From positions 384,001-448,000 of the forward strand of contig CAVUKB010000001.1 of the NCBI GenBank assembly GCA_963741955.1: a DNA stretch of 64,000 bases, written 5' to 3'. Numbering within the stretch: position 1 is the stretch's first letter; every line of letters begins with the position of its first letter. A model generated the notes under the pieces. The model had not been told where the DNA came from and made no database searches. It saw only the letters and a program-made list of their open reading frames with translations. Below, one piece after another: positions 38,400-47,766 of this stretch. The position numbers and the translations under genes are program-made. This DNA comes from an uncultured Acidobacteriota bacterium (GTDB taxonomy: Bacteria > Acidobacteriota > Thermoanaerobaculia > Gp7-AA8).

Positions 38400-38516
38400 T
38401 CGGATCGATTCGCTAGACTGAAGTTCCCGGGGGTTTTCGCAGAGAAGTGCTGTGTTTTCTTGAAGATGACCTCGATTTGTATGCAAGAATGTAGCCATGT
38501 AAGTGTGATTACTGCA

Positions 38517-38545
38517 TTGACAGGTGTGAATAGTACTGGCATACT
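38517..38545 (+). promoter_or_regulatory. Sigma-70 promoter of the transposase
   Basis: TTGACA-17 bp-CATACT with extended TG; ATG follows 6 nt later. Confidence 0.6.
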
Positions 38546-38551
38546 GTGGCC

Positions 38552-40258
38552 ATGCACATCGACATCGTGCCGAACCGCAACTCGGCCCCGGCCGTCCTGC
38601 TGCGCGAGTCCTACCGGGTGGGGGCCAAGGTCCGAAAACGCACGCTGGCCAATCTCTCGGCCCTGCCGGCCGATCAGATCGACGCGATTCGCAGAATCTT
38701 GAAGGGCGAGAGGCTCGCCCCGATCGCCGAGCTGTTCGAGATCATTCGATCGGTCCATCACGGTCATGTCGAAGCCGTCCAGATCGCAATCAAGCAACTC
38801 GGCTTCGCTTCGCTCGTTGCATCTCGCTCGTGCCGCGAGCGTGATCTGGTCCTCGCCATGGTGGCGGCTCGTATCCTTGCCCCGCGCAGCAAGCTCAGCA
38901 CCGTGCGGTCATGGCACACCTCGACGATTCCCGAAGTCTTCGGTGTCACCGATGCCGATGAAGACGACCTCTATGGCGCGCTCGATTGGCTGCTTGGCCG
39001 ACAAGACGCAATCGAAAAGAAACTCGCAGCGAGACATCTGCCCAAGGGCGGTCTGGTCCTGTACGACCTGAGCTCGAGCTATTTCGAGGGAGAGAGCTGC
39101 CCGCTCGCCATGCGCGGCCACAACCGGGATGGCAAGAAGGGCAAGCTTCAGGTCAACTACGGACTGCTGACCGACCGCCGTGGGTGCCCCGTAGCAGTGA
39201 GTGTCTTCGATGGCAACACCAGTGACCCCAGGACATTGATGCCTCAGGTCGAGAAACTACAGAAGACCTTCACGATCGAGAAGTTTGTTCTCGTTGGCGA
39301 TCGCGGCATGATCTCGCAGAAGCAAATCGATGATCTCCGTCAGCGAGACGGCATTGATTGGATTACGGCCCTCAGGAGCGTGACGATTCAAAAGCTCGTT
39401 GACGCCGGTCATATCCAGCTCGGGCTGTTCGACACGCGCAATCTTTTCGAGATGACCCATCCCGATTTCCCGGGCGAGCGACTGGTGGCCTGTCGCAATG
39501 CGGATCTGGCCCGGTTGCGCGCGCACAAACGCGAGTCGCTCCTCGAGGCTACGCTCAAGGAATTGGAGAAAGTGCGAGGGATGGTCTCGCACGGCAAGCT
39601 CCAAGGAAAGGACGTCATTGGCGTACGCGTCGGCAAGGTGATCGACAAGTACAAGGTCGCCAAACACATTGTCCTGGACATTCGCGATGACGGGCTTGAC
39701 TTCCACATCGACGCGGACAAGGTGGCGCGCGAGGCTTCCCTCGATGGGCTCTATGTCGTAAGGACCAGCGTGGCCGCCGAGACTCTTGGCACCGACGACG
39801 TCGTGCGCAGTTACAAGCTGCTCAGTCAGGTCGAGCGGGCCTTTCGCTCACTGAAGACTGTCGATCTCCAGGTGCGGCCCATCCGCCACCGGCTCGAGGA
39901 GCGCGTCAAGGCTCACATCTTCCTCTGCATGCTGGCCTACTACGTGGCCTGGCACATGATGGAAGCCTGGCGCCCACTGCTTTTCTCCGACGAGGACCAG
40001 CAGGCAAAAACGAGCCGTGATCCCGTTGCTCCCGCAAAACGATCAGCGAAAGCGCTCGATAAGATCCATTCGAAGGTACTCGACGACGGCACTCCCGCCC
40101 ACAGCTTTCAGACCCTGCTCGCAGACCTGAGCACCATCGTCCGCAACACCGCTCGCCGTCCGGGCGCATCCAACGACGAGTCCACCTTCGACCTCGTCAC
40201 CACCCCAGGCCTAACTCAACAGCGCGCCTTCGATCTGCTCAAGTCCATCCACTTGTAG
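38552..40258 (+). CDS. IS1634 family DDE transposase
   Basis: LLRESYR...RTLANLS, LYDLSSSYFEG, VGDRGM, VERAFRSLK, AHIFLCMLAYYV. Confidence 0.93.
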   Translation: MHIDIVPNRNSAPAVLLRESYRVGAKVRKRTLANLSALPADQIDAIRRILKGERLAPIAELFEIIRSVHHGHVEAVQIAIKQLGFASLVASRSCRERDLVLAMVAARILAPRSKLSTVRSWHTSTIPEVFGVTDADEDDLYGALDWLLGRQDAIEKKLAARHLPKGGLVLYDLSSSYFEGESCPLAMRGHNRDGKKGKLQVNYGLLTDRRGCPVAVSVFDGNTSDPRTLMPQVEKLQKTFTIEKFVLVGDRGMISQKQIDDLRQRDGIDWITALRSVTIQKLVDAGHIQLGLFDTRNLFEMTHPDFPGERLVACRNADLARLRAHKRESLLEATLKELEKVRGMVSHGKLQGKDVIGVRVGKVIDKYKVAKHIVLDIRDDGLDFHIDADKVAREASLDGLYVVRTSVAAETLGTDDVVRSYKLLSQVERAFRSLKTVDLQVRPIRHRLEERVKAHIFLCMLAYYVAWHMMEAWRPLLFSDEDQQAKTSRDPVAPAKRSAKALDKIHSKVLDDGTPAHSFQTLLADLSTIVRNTARRPGASNDESTFDLVTTPGLTQQRAFDLLKSIHL

Positions 40259-40374
40259 ACAGAAGCCTGCACGCATATTCCTGCCTATCTCCCTGAATTT
40301 ACAGCGGATCCTTGCCTATAGCCCCAGGGAACTTCAGGCTAGAGCTAGACCGGCCGCCGTGGCGCCCCGACACA

Positions 40375-41427
40375 TCACGCGGCGCGAGGAGACTTCCGGC
40401 GATCGGCGATCGTCTCCCGCAGATATTTCAGAAGCGCGCGCTCTTCGTTCGACAGCCCGCGCCGTGCCACCGGTCGCGCACGGCGGCTTCGAGGGAGTGT
40501 CTCCACCTCGCGACCGCCCATGAAGTCTTCGAGAAGCCGTGGACAGATGTAAGACGAACGCGAAACCGCAGGAGTGTTGCCCAACAGAGACGCGGTGGCT
40601 TCGATCGCTTTCCTGACCCGCCGCTTCCTCTCCTTCTTCGTCGTTGCCTGTCCCTGCATCGCGAGGGCGATGGAACAGAGGAGCGTGCCGGCCCAGGTTC
40701 GAAAATCCTTTGCGGTGAAGTCCTCGCCGATGGTCTGCTGAATGTACTCGTTGACGTGGCGATCCTTGATGTCGATCATCCGGGACCCTTTCAGATACCG
40801 GAACAGTTCGTCATCCTTCTTGCCGAGCCGTCGAAGCTTCTTCACCAGCCGCGCGACGGCGGGATCGCGGATCGCGCGACGGTGGGGCTTCTTCCACTTT
40901 CCGATGTAGTCGAACAGGACGTCCTCGCCGCTGACGCGAACGTGGTTTTTGCGAACGGTGGTGAGGCCGTAAGTGGACTCGGAGCGTGCGCTTCGATCGT
41001 TTCCGACCCGGAAAAATCCCTGATCGATCAACCGCACGATCGCGGAGAGGACGTGCTCGCGATCGAGATCCTTTCGCCCAAGGTCGCGGCTGACGCGGCG
41101 TCGAAGCTTCGGCAGGGACTCCCCGAAACGGACGATTCGCAGGAACTTCTCCTCGTCTCGTTTCTGCCGGAATCGGGAATGGTACCGATACTGAGTCCGT
41201 CCGCGGGCGTCGATCCCGACTGCCTGAAGAGGGGAGGAGTCGCTCCGCGCGATTCGTACCTCGCGCCACGCGGGCGGGATCCCGAGCTTCCGGATGCGCT
41301 GGAGAGTCTTCTCGTCCTCGACGTCTTTCCCCGACGCCGTGACGTAGTGGAAGTTCGGCTTACTTCCCGTTCGCCGGATTCCGTGCGTGTCGAGATACCA
41401 GCGCCGCCGGACGCCTTTTCGTCCCAT
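40375..41427 (-). CDS. Bacterial type IB DNA topoisomerase
   Basis: IPPAW, GIDARGRTQYRYH, RVGN, TAKDFRTW, LGNTPAVSRSSY. Confidence 0.92.
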   Translation of the reverse strand: MGRKGVRRRWYLDTHGIRRTGSKPNFHYVTASGKDVEDEKTLQRIRKLGIPPAWREVRIARSDSSPLQAVGIDARGRTQYRYHSRFRQKRDEEKFLRIVRFGESLPKLRRRVSRDLGRKDLDREHVLSAIVRLIDQGFFRVGNDRSARSESTYGLTTVRKNHVRVSGEDVLFDYIGKWKKPHRRAIRDPAVARLVKKLRRLGKKDDELFRYLKGSRMIDIKDRHVNEYIQQTIGEDFTAKDFRTWAGTLLCSIALAMQGQATTKKERKRRVRKAIEATASLLGNTPAVSRSSYICPRLLEDFMGGREVETLPRSRRARPVARRGLSNEERALLKYLRETIADRRKSPRAA

Positions 41428-41442
41428 GCCGGGATCACCGGG

Positions 41443-41458
41443 TGCGAGATCGATGCCG
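41443..41458 (-). promoter_or_regulatory. Sigma-54-like promoter
   Basis: CGGCATCGATCTCGCA (GG-N10-GC) 15 nt before the start codon. Confidence 0.45.
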
Positions 41459-41483
41459 CGAAAATGTCGCCTGCGCGACCCCG

Positions 41484-43493
41484 TTACTCCATCTTGAACC
41501 GGATCGGAATGGGCAGCCAGGTCCTCACTTTCTTCCCATCCTTGACGCCGGGAGAGAAACGCGTGCTCCTTACCGCACGGATCGCTGCCTGGTCGAAGCC
41601 GAGCCCCTGCTTGTCCCCGCGGAGGATCATCACGTCCTGGACGTGTCCCGTCTCGGTGATGAGACACGAGAGGATCACCACTCCTTCGATCTTCTGGCGG
41701 GCGGCGAGCGGCGGATAAACAGGACGGATCTCGCTGAGCGCCTGTGGCGTCGTGTCGAGCTCCGTTACGCCGACGAGATCTCCTTCTTTGACTGCGGGCT
41801 GGGGTGGCATCTGCGGCCGGGCGAGAGGAGGCGCGGCCGAGTCTGTCGTCGCGGTCGGCGGCGCTGTGCCGGTCGCGACACTCTCGGTGAGAGGAGGCTG
41901 AGTCGAGCTTCGCGCTTCGAGATTGCTCCGGTCGAGCTCCGCGGCTGATGGAACGGCAGCTTCGCGCTGAGAGGGTGTTTCCGCGCGGGTGTCGGTTGCC
42001 ACCTGGTTGGGAGTCGGAGTGGGAGAGGCCGGCGGCTGGCGTTTCTTCAGCTCTTCGTCGTACTGAGCCTGCAGCTTGAGCACCTCCTGGTTGATGCGGC
42101 GGTTCACCTCTTCTTCGATCGCTTTCTTCTTTGCCGCTTCGACCGCGGCCTCGTCCGGAGCGGAGCTGCTCGTCGGGGGGGCCGTCGATGTCGATGCGGT
42201 CGTCGCGGGAGTGGTGGTGACCACGACCGGTGAGGGGAGGAGGGGCTTCTGGACGGCAGCAGCCTGGAGTGGTTTCGGTTCGAGCGGCGGAGGAGCCTGC
42301 GGCCGGTTGAAGACGGTGAACCAGAGTGTTCCCGCGATCCCGCCGAGGACGAGCACTGCGGCGGCGACGAAGAGGAGGGGACTTTTCTTTCGTGCCGGTT
42401 CGGAGGGTTCAACGGTCGCGAGACTCTCCGGTTCCCCTGGCGCGTCCGCGCTGCTGTGATCGGCACCGTGATCGGCCGCGGAGCTGGCAGCTGCTGCGGC
42501 CGCCGCGGCGATCTCCTCGACATACGGGTGGACATCGACACTCTCTTCCCGCACCCGGTCGGCGGATTCGCTCTCCATCTCCTTTTTCAGAAGGGTGTGG
42601 ACGTAGAACGCGAGGTTGAATGTCGTCGGCGCGTAGTTGCCGCTCTGAATGAGCTTTCCGATCTCGCCTCGGAACGCCGACGGATCCGGGAAGCGATCCT
42701 GCGGCTTCTGCGCGAGCGCCTTCTGGATCATCGTCCGCACCTCGAGTGGCAACAGCGTCGTCTCGCCCATCATGGTCGCATTCGCGATCGTCTTTTCCGC
42801 GACTGCGGCGGGGAGAGGAGCGGGTGGATCTTCGCCGGTGAGGACGAAGTGAAGGAGGGCGCCGAGCGCGTAAACATCCGTCTCCTTCGACGGCTCTCCC
42901 GTCTCGCGTAATTCCGGAGCGAACCAGACACCGATCTCGCGATCGACCTCGGGAACCCGGAGCGAAGTGACCAGTGCGCGACCGAGCTGCTGGCCGGCGG
43001 TGCGCACTTCTCCCTCTTCCGTAATCCAGATGAAGTCGGGAATCAGAGCTCCGTGCACGAGACGGACGCCACGAACCTTGATGTTGCCGACCAGCTCCGC
43101 CGAAGCTGCGGCTTTCTCGACGATCGAAAGTGCCTGGTCAATGGGGATCGGGATCTTCGTTGCGCCGCTCCGCGCCTTCTCCACGATGGTGCGGAGGGAG
43201 CGTCCCCCCGAGTACTCGTGGGCGACGAACGGAATCCCTCCTCCGACGTCGATCACCTGATCGCGGACGATGGTCGTGCCGGTGAGGGCCGGAATGATCT
43301 CACGTGCCGCGGTCGCGGCGCGGATGAACGCCGCCCGATTTCCTCCGGTGAGGCGCCGGAGTGCGATCACCCCACCGAGTGCGTCTCCCTGGAGCTTGCC
43401 GGCGCGCCAGAGCTCTCCCAGGCAATCGGTGTGGAGCTGTTTGAACAGTAGGTAGGAGCCGAAGCGCTCGTAGGGTCTTGCTTTGCCGGGCAT
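41484..43493 (-). CDS. Ser/Thr pseudokinase-TM-TonB C-terminal domain fusion
   Basis: Kinase-like N-terminus (HGALIPDFIWI, WFAPE, DVYALG), one TM segment, Pro-rich linker, TonB_C (YPPLAARQKIEGVV...G.V....FDQAA...F.PG.KDG). Confidence 0.8.
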   Translation of the reverse strand: MPGKARPYERFGSYLLFKQLHTDCLGELWRAGKLQGDALGGVIALRRLTGGNRAAFIRAATAAREIIPALTGTTIVRDQVIDVGGGIPFVAHEYSGGRSLRTIVEKARSGATKIPIPIDQALSIVEKAAASAELVGNIKVRGVRLVHGALIPDFIWITEEGEVRTAGQQLGRALVTSLRVPEVDREIGVWFAPELRETGEPSKETDVYALGALLHFVLTGEDPPAPLPAAVAEKTIANATMMGETTLLPLEVRTMIQKALAQKPQDRFPDPSAFRGEIGKLIQSGNYAPTTFNLAFYVHTLLKKEMESESADRVREESVDVHPYVEEIAAAAAAAASSAADHGADHSSADAPGEPESLATVEPSEPARKKSPLLFVAAAVLVLGGIAGTLWFTVFNRPQAPPPLEPKPLQAAAVQKPLLPSPVVVTTTPATTASTSTAPPTSSSAPDEAAVEAAKKKAIEEEVNRRINQEVLKLQAQYDEELKKRQPPASPTPTPNQVATDTRAETPSQREAAVPSAAELDRSNLEARSSTQPPLTESVATGTAPPTATTDSAAPPLARPQMPPQPAVKEGDLVGVTELDTTPQALSEIRPVYPPLAARQKIEGVVILSCLITETGHVQDVMILRGDKQGLGFDQAAIRAVRSTRFSPGVKDGKKVRTWLPIPIRFKME

Positions 43494-43589
43494 GTGGTCC
43501 TCTCGAGATCACCCGCCTGGGGTTTTCGACGGGGCTCGTTCGTCTGTATGGAATTCCAAAATCAAGCTAGCATCGAGGCACCGACGGAG

Positions 43590-44660
43590 TCAACGATTCG
43601 CGGCGGAACGGCGGTCGCGCCAGAATTTCTTCTGGTGTACGGCGACATTCCGGTTGTGCTCTGCCAGCGTGGTGGCGAAGACGTGGGTGCCATCGTTTCG
43701 CGAGACGAAATAGAGGTACGGCGTGTCGGCCGGGTGCGCGGCTGCCTGCAGAGAAGCCATCCCGGGATTGGCGATCGGACCCGGTGGAAAGCCGTGATAG
43801 CGGTAAGTGTTGTAGGGCGAATCGATCTTCAGGTCGACTCTCCGGATGTCGCCGTTCCACTCCCCGGCGCGTTTGAGCGCATAGATCACCGTCGGGTCGG
43901 CCTGCAGGAGCATGTGTCGCTTCATGCGATTGAGGTAGACCGCTGCGATCAGCGGTCGCTCGGCCGGAATTCGCGCTTCGGTCTCCACGATCGAGGCGAG
44001 GACCACCGTATTGTGAACGTCCATGTCGTTCGAGATGAACGCCAGCTCCGGACCGAAGTGCTTGTGGAAATTCGAGACCATCTCCTGCACGATCGTCTTC
44101 ACCGCGGTCCCCGGTGCGAGCTTGTACGTATCGGGAAAGAGATAACCTTCCAGAGATGTGGCCTGCGGATCGAGGTCCGCGATCAGCTCCGTATCGCCGA
44201 GCTCTTTCTTCCACTCGCTCCGGGTCCCGAAGCCCTCGTGAATCATCAGATCCGTGATCGCGAAGCGGTCCCACCCCTCGGGGATGGTCACGCTCTTGAG
44301 AACCACGTCTCCACGGATCATCTTCGCAATCACTTCCACTGGAGATGATTCTCCGTCGAAACGGTAGACGCCGGCCTTGAGAGACTCTCCGCGGTGGAGG
44401 ATCTTCAGGTAGATCAGGGGGACGAAATCGTCCCGGAGAACACCGGCCTGCTCCAGGGTCCGGAGAATGGTGGCGGTGTTCCAGCCGTGCCGGACTTCGA
44501 CCTGGATGCGATCTCCGGAATACCCTTTGTAGGGAGTGGCCACCGCCCGCCAGATGAAGATTCCTCCCGCCACGGCGAAGAGGAATGCCGCCACGATCAG
44601 AATCAGGATCGACTGGACGTACTTCCGGCAGCCACGTCTGCTGGAACGGCGGGCAGCTAT
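43590..44660 (-). CDS. mltG: Endolytic transglycosylase MltG
   Basis: TIPEG, LEGYLFPDTY, LASIVETE, LQADPT, SPYNTY, PPGPIANPG; start uncertain (ATA 44660 or GTG 44594). Confidence 0.92.
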   Translation of the reverse strand: MAARRSSRRGCRKYVQSILILIVAAFLFAVAGGIFIWRAVATPYKGYSGDRIQVEVRHGWNTATILRTLEQAGVLRDDFVPLIYLKILHRGESLKAGVYRFDGESSPVEVIAKMIRGDVVLKSVTIPEGWDRFAITDLMIHEGFGTRSEWKKELGDTELIADLDPQATSLEGYLFPDTYKLAPGTAVKTIVQEMVSNFHKHFGPELAFISNDMDVHNTVVLASIVETEARIPAERPLIAAVYLNRMKRHMLLQADPTVIYALKRAGEWNGDIRRVDLKIDSPYNTYRYHGFPPGPIANPGMASLQAAAHPADTPYLYFVSRNDGTHVFATTLAEHNRNVAVHQKKFWRDRRSAANR

Positions 44661-45073
44661 GACGCCCTCCCGTTCTGGTCCAGGTAAGCCTGGAGGATCA
44701 CCGCTGCTGCCTCCATGTCGATGCTCATCTTCCTGCGATTGCGCCGTTCTCCGCGTTCCCTCCGGCGCGAGTCCGCCTCGGTCGTCGAATAGGCCTCGTC
44801 CCAGAGAACCACATCCACCCCGGTTTTCTGCCGGATCGCTTCGGCCAGGGCGGCGAACTTTTCTTCGAGCGCCTGGTCCTTCCGCTCTCGTCTCGGGATG
44901 CCCAGCACGATCCGTTCCGCGTCGAGCTCTTCGGCGAGCCGCCGGATCTCTTCGAGCACTCCTTCGAGATCACCGCGATTGTCGATGACCGAATGAGGAG
45001 TGGCCAGAAAGCCGGAAGCACTCACGGCGACGCCGATGCGCCGTGCGCCGAAGTCGATGCCGAGCAGAGACAT
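44657..45073 (-). CDS. ruvX: Holliday junction resolvase-like RuvX/YqgF
   Basis: LGIDFGARRIGVAVS, WDEAYST, IDMEAAAVILQ. Confidence 0.92.
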   Translation of the reverse strand: MSLLGIDFGARRIGVAVSASGFLATPHSVIDNRGDLEGVLEEIRRLAEELDAERIVLGIPRRERKDQALEEKFAALAEAIRQKTGVDVVLWDEAYSTTEADSRRRERGERRNRRKMSIDMEAAAVILQAYLDQNGRAS

Positions 45074-45213
45074 TTCCGCGGTATTCTACCGGCGTCGGAA
45101 CGAAAGGACTCAACTCGCGATCCGGGCCGGGATCAAACTGAGGATCCGTCTGCCGTTCGCGGCGGAGCGGCGGTTGAGTTTAGAATGGGCGACATCGACC
45201 GAGGGGACGATTC

Positions 45214-46371
45214 ATGAAGAACTTCAATCTCGACGCAATCCTCGAGGGAATGCTGAAGGTATCCGAACGCGTCTCGGACCTGAATTTTTCCGTCGGCCGG
45301 CCGCCTCAGGTGGAGGTCGATGGCCAACTCGTGCCGGTCAACTTTCCCGGACTAGCGAGGCTCACCCCTTTCCAGACCGAGATGATCGCGCTTCACATGC
45401 TCCGGAGCGACCGGGACCTGACACGGACGCTCCAGGAGAATGGATCGGTCGACCTCTCGTATTCGATCCCCCAGAAGACGCGCTTCCGGGTGAACATCTT
45501 TTCCCAGCGCGGAACCTACGCCATCGTGCTTCGCGTGATTCCGGAAGGCATCCCCACTCTCGAGGATCTCGGGCTTCCGAAAGAGCTCGCGAATGTTTCC
45601 CACATCAAGAACGGGATCGTCCTGGTCACCGGGCCGACCGGATCGGGGAAGTCGACCACTCTCGCTGCGATCATCAACCAGATCAATCACGAGTTCGCGT
45701 ACCACATCGTGACGATCGAGGATCCGATCGAATACATGCACAAGCATGTGAAGTCGACCGTCAACCAACGCGAAGTCGGCGGAGACACCAAATCGTTCGC
45801 CCTCGCCCTTCGCGCCGCGCTCCGGCAGGCACCGAAGGTGATCCTGATCGGTGAGATGCGTGACGTGGAGACGATCGAGATCGCGATGGAAGCCGCGGAA
45901 ACGGGACACCTGGTGCTCTCGACCCTCCACACCATCGACGCGGCGAAGACCATCGATCGGATCGTCGGAGTCTTCCCGAAAGAACAGGAGCAGCAGATCC
46001 GGACCCGGTTCTCGCAGTCGTTCCGCTACGTCGCTTCGCAGCGGCTGGTCCCGAAGATCGGTGGAGGCCGGGTCGCGGTACTCGAGATCCTCAAGTCGAA
46101 CATGCGCACGCGCGAGTACATCCTGAAGGGGGAGTCCGAAGGACGCTCCCTCACCGAAGCGATGCACGACGGCCAGGTGGACGGGATGCAGACGTTCGAC
46201 GACGAGCTCGAGCGTCTCTACAATGCGCGGGTGATCAGCCACGAAACGGCCATGGTCTACGCCACGAATCCGACGAATCTCGGGTTGCGGATCACGGACG
46301 AGCCCGAGTCCCCCGAGCAGGGTTCCGGCCCCGATGCGGGTCGCGACTCAATGATGTCAATGCTGGAGTAG
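45214..46371 (+). CDS. pilT: PilT/PilU type IV pilus retraction ATPase
   Basis: GPTGSGKSTT, TIEDPIE, QREVG, GEMRD, AETGHLVLSTLHT, GMQTFD. Confidence 0.92.
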   Translation: MKNFNLDAILEGMLKVSERVSDLNFSVGRPPQVEVDGQLVPVNFPGLARLTPFQTEMIALHMLRSDRDLTRTLQENGSVDLSYSIPQKTRFRVNIFSQRGTYAIVLRVIPEGIPTLEDLGLPKELANVSHIKNGIVLVTGPTGSGKSTTLAAIINQINHEFAYHIVTIEDPIEYMHKHVKSTVNQREVGGDTKSFALALRAALRQAPKVILIGEMRDVETIEIAMEAAETGHLVLSTLHTIDAAKTIDRIVGVFPKEQEQQIRTRFSQSFRYVASQRLVPKIGGGRVAVLEILKSNMRTREYILKGESEGRSLTEAMHDGQVDGMQTFDDELERLYNARVISHETAMVYATNPTNLGLRITDEPESPEQGSGPDAGRDSMMSMLE

Positions 46372-46965
46372 GTGATGATCCGACTGGTTTGTACTTCGTG
46401 CAAGAAACCTCTGACCATCGACGAAACGAAGCTTCCGATGAAGGAAGTCGCATTTCCCTGCCCGGCATGCAAGACGAGGCTGACCATAGACCGTCGCGCG
46501 ATGACCGCGGAGAGTGTCGATGCTTCCGCCGGTGCGGCGGCTGCGGCCGTCGGGGTGCCGGAGCACGACGGATTCGGACAGAAAGCTCTGGTGGTCGGCC
46601 GCGACATCCCTCAGGTCACGGAAGCTGCCCGGGCCATCGGATTGGTTCCGACCCACCAGGAGGCTCCCGACTCCGCCCGCGAGTACTATCTGCGCGAGTA
46701 TCCTGCGGTGGTGTTTCTCGTCCCGAATCAGGTCACCCCGCCACCGCTCGCCGAAATGGCTCCCGTCCTCTCCGTCAGTCCTCAGGACCGGCGACGCAGC
46801 TTTTTCATTCTGGTCTCGGACAATTTGAGGACCCTCGACGGGAACGCTGCGTTTCTCTACGGGGTCAACCTGATCGTGGCGCCGAAGGATCTCGCGTCGT
46901 TCGCGCAGATCTATCACGACGCGGAGACGTTCCACCGTCGTCTGTACCAGCACATGGCGGTGTGA
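46372..46965 (+). CDS. Zinc-ribbon (CxxC-CxxC) protein with a degenerate receiver-like domain
   Basis: CTSC...CPAC at the N-terminus; RRRSFFILVSDNLRTLDGNAAF. Confidence 0.7.
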   Translation: MMIRLVCTSCKKPLTIDETKLPMKEVAFPCPACKTRLTIDRRAMTAESVDASAGAAAAAVGVPEHDGFGQKALVVGRDIPQVTEAARAIGLVPTHQEAPDSAREYYLREYPAVVFLVPNQVTPPPLAEMAPVLSVSPQDRRRSFFILVSDNLRTLDGNAAFLYGVNLIVAPKDLASFAQIYHDAETFHRRLYQHMAV

Positions 46966-46984
46966 GTTCGAGACGGAGAACGAC

Positions 46985-47637
46985 TCAGTCGTCTCCGTCC
47001 GTCGCGGCGCGCTCGGCCATCGGGCGCCGGCCCGCAGAGAGCTTTGCCATGCTGAGCTGCAAAGGATCGGCAAGCTGCTGTCTCGCCGGATCGTACGGCT
47101 CGTAGCACGCACGGCAACGCGCCTCGTAGGACGTGTCGCCCACTTCCACCTGCGAGTCCCCCCTGCGATCCGCTGCGAATAATGCGCGGATCCGCCGCAA
47201 CGTACGCAGACCGCATGCATCTTCGACACGATCTCGGCAACCGAAAGGAGAGCAGGCATCGGACCGAATGGACGACGAAGGTAGTCCTGGTCGAGTCCCG
47301 CTGCGATCACCCGGATCCCTGCGTCCGCCAGCTGCATGCAGACTTCGACGATTCCCGCGTCGAAGAACTGGATCTCGTCGATTCCGACGACCTGGACTCC
47401 GATCTCGACGTTCGACAGCAGTTGTTCCGACGTCGGTACCGGGAGAGCCTTGAGCCTCCGGTCGTCACGCGAGACCACTTCCTCGAGACTGAAACGGTCG
47501 TCGATCAGCGGTTTGAAAACCTGGACGCGCTGGCGTGCGATCACGGCACGTCGCAGACGTCGTATCAGCTCCTCCGATTTTCCGGAGAACATACCTCCGG
47601 CAATGATCTCGATCCAGCGATCTCTGTACGAATCCAA
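46985..47637 (-). pseudogene. tdk: Thymidine kinase, frameshifted in a G6 run (possible sequencing error)
   Basis: IEIIAGGMFSGKSEEL, IDEIQFF, AGLDQD, CVRC; the C-terminus VEVGDTSYEARCRACY is in another frame after 47158-47163. Confidence 0.88.
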
Positions 47638-47675
47638 TGGGATCTCCTCCGAGCTTGTTCGCCACAGAATAACAG

Positions 47676-47760
47676 AGGCATCGAGGATCGAGGATCGAGG
47701 ATCTGAAAAGCATCGCGGATCGAGGATCGAGGATCGTGGATCTGAAAAGCTTCGGGGATC
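47676..47760. repeat. (GAGGATC)n heptamer repeats, reverse complement of the 22965-23120 family
   Basis: GAGGATCGAGGATCGAGGATCTGAAAAGCATC and a second similar unit. Confidence 0.8.
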
Positions 47761-47766
47761 GGGAGG

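Larger units (their letters stand above)
38413..40342 (+). mobile_element. IS1634 family insertion sequence
   Basis: Terminal inverted repeats CTAGACTGAAGTTCCC / GGGAACTTCAGGCTAG enclosing the transposase; lower GC than the flanks. Confidence 0.9.
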
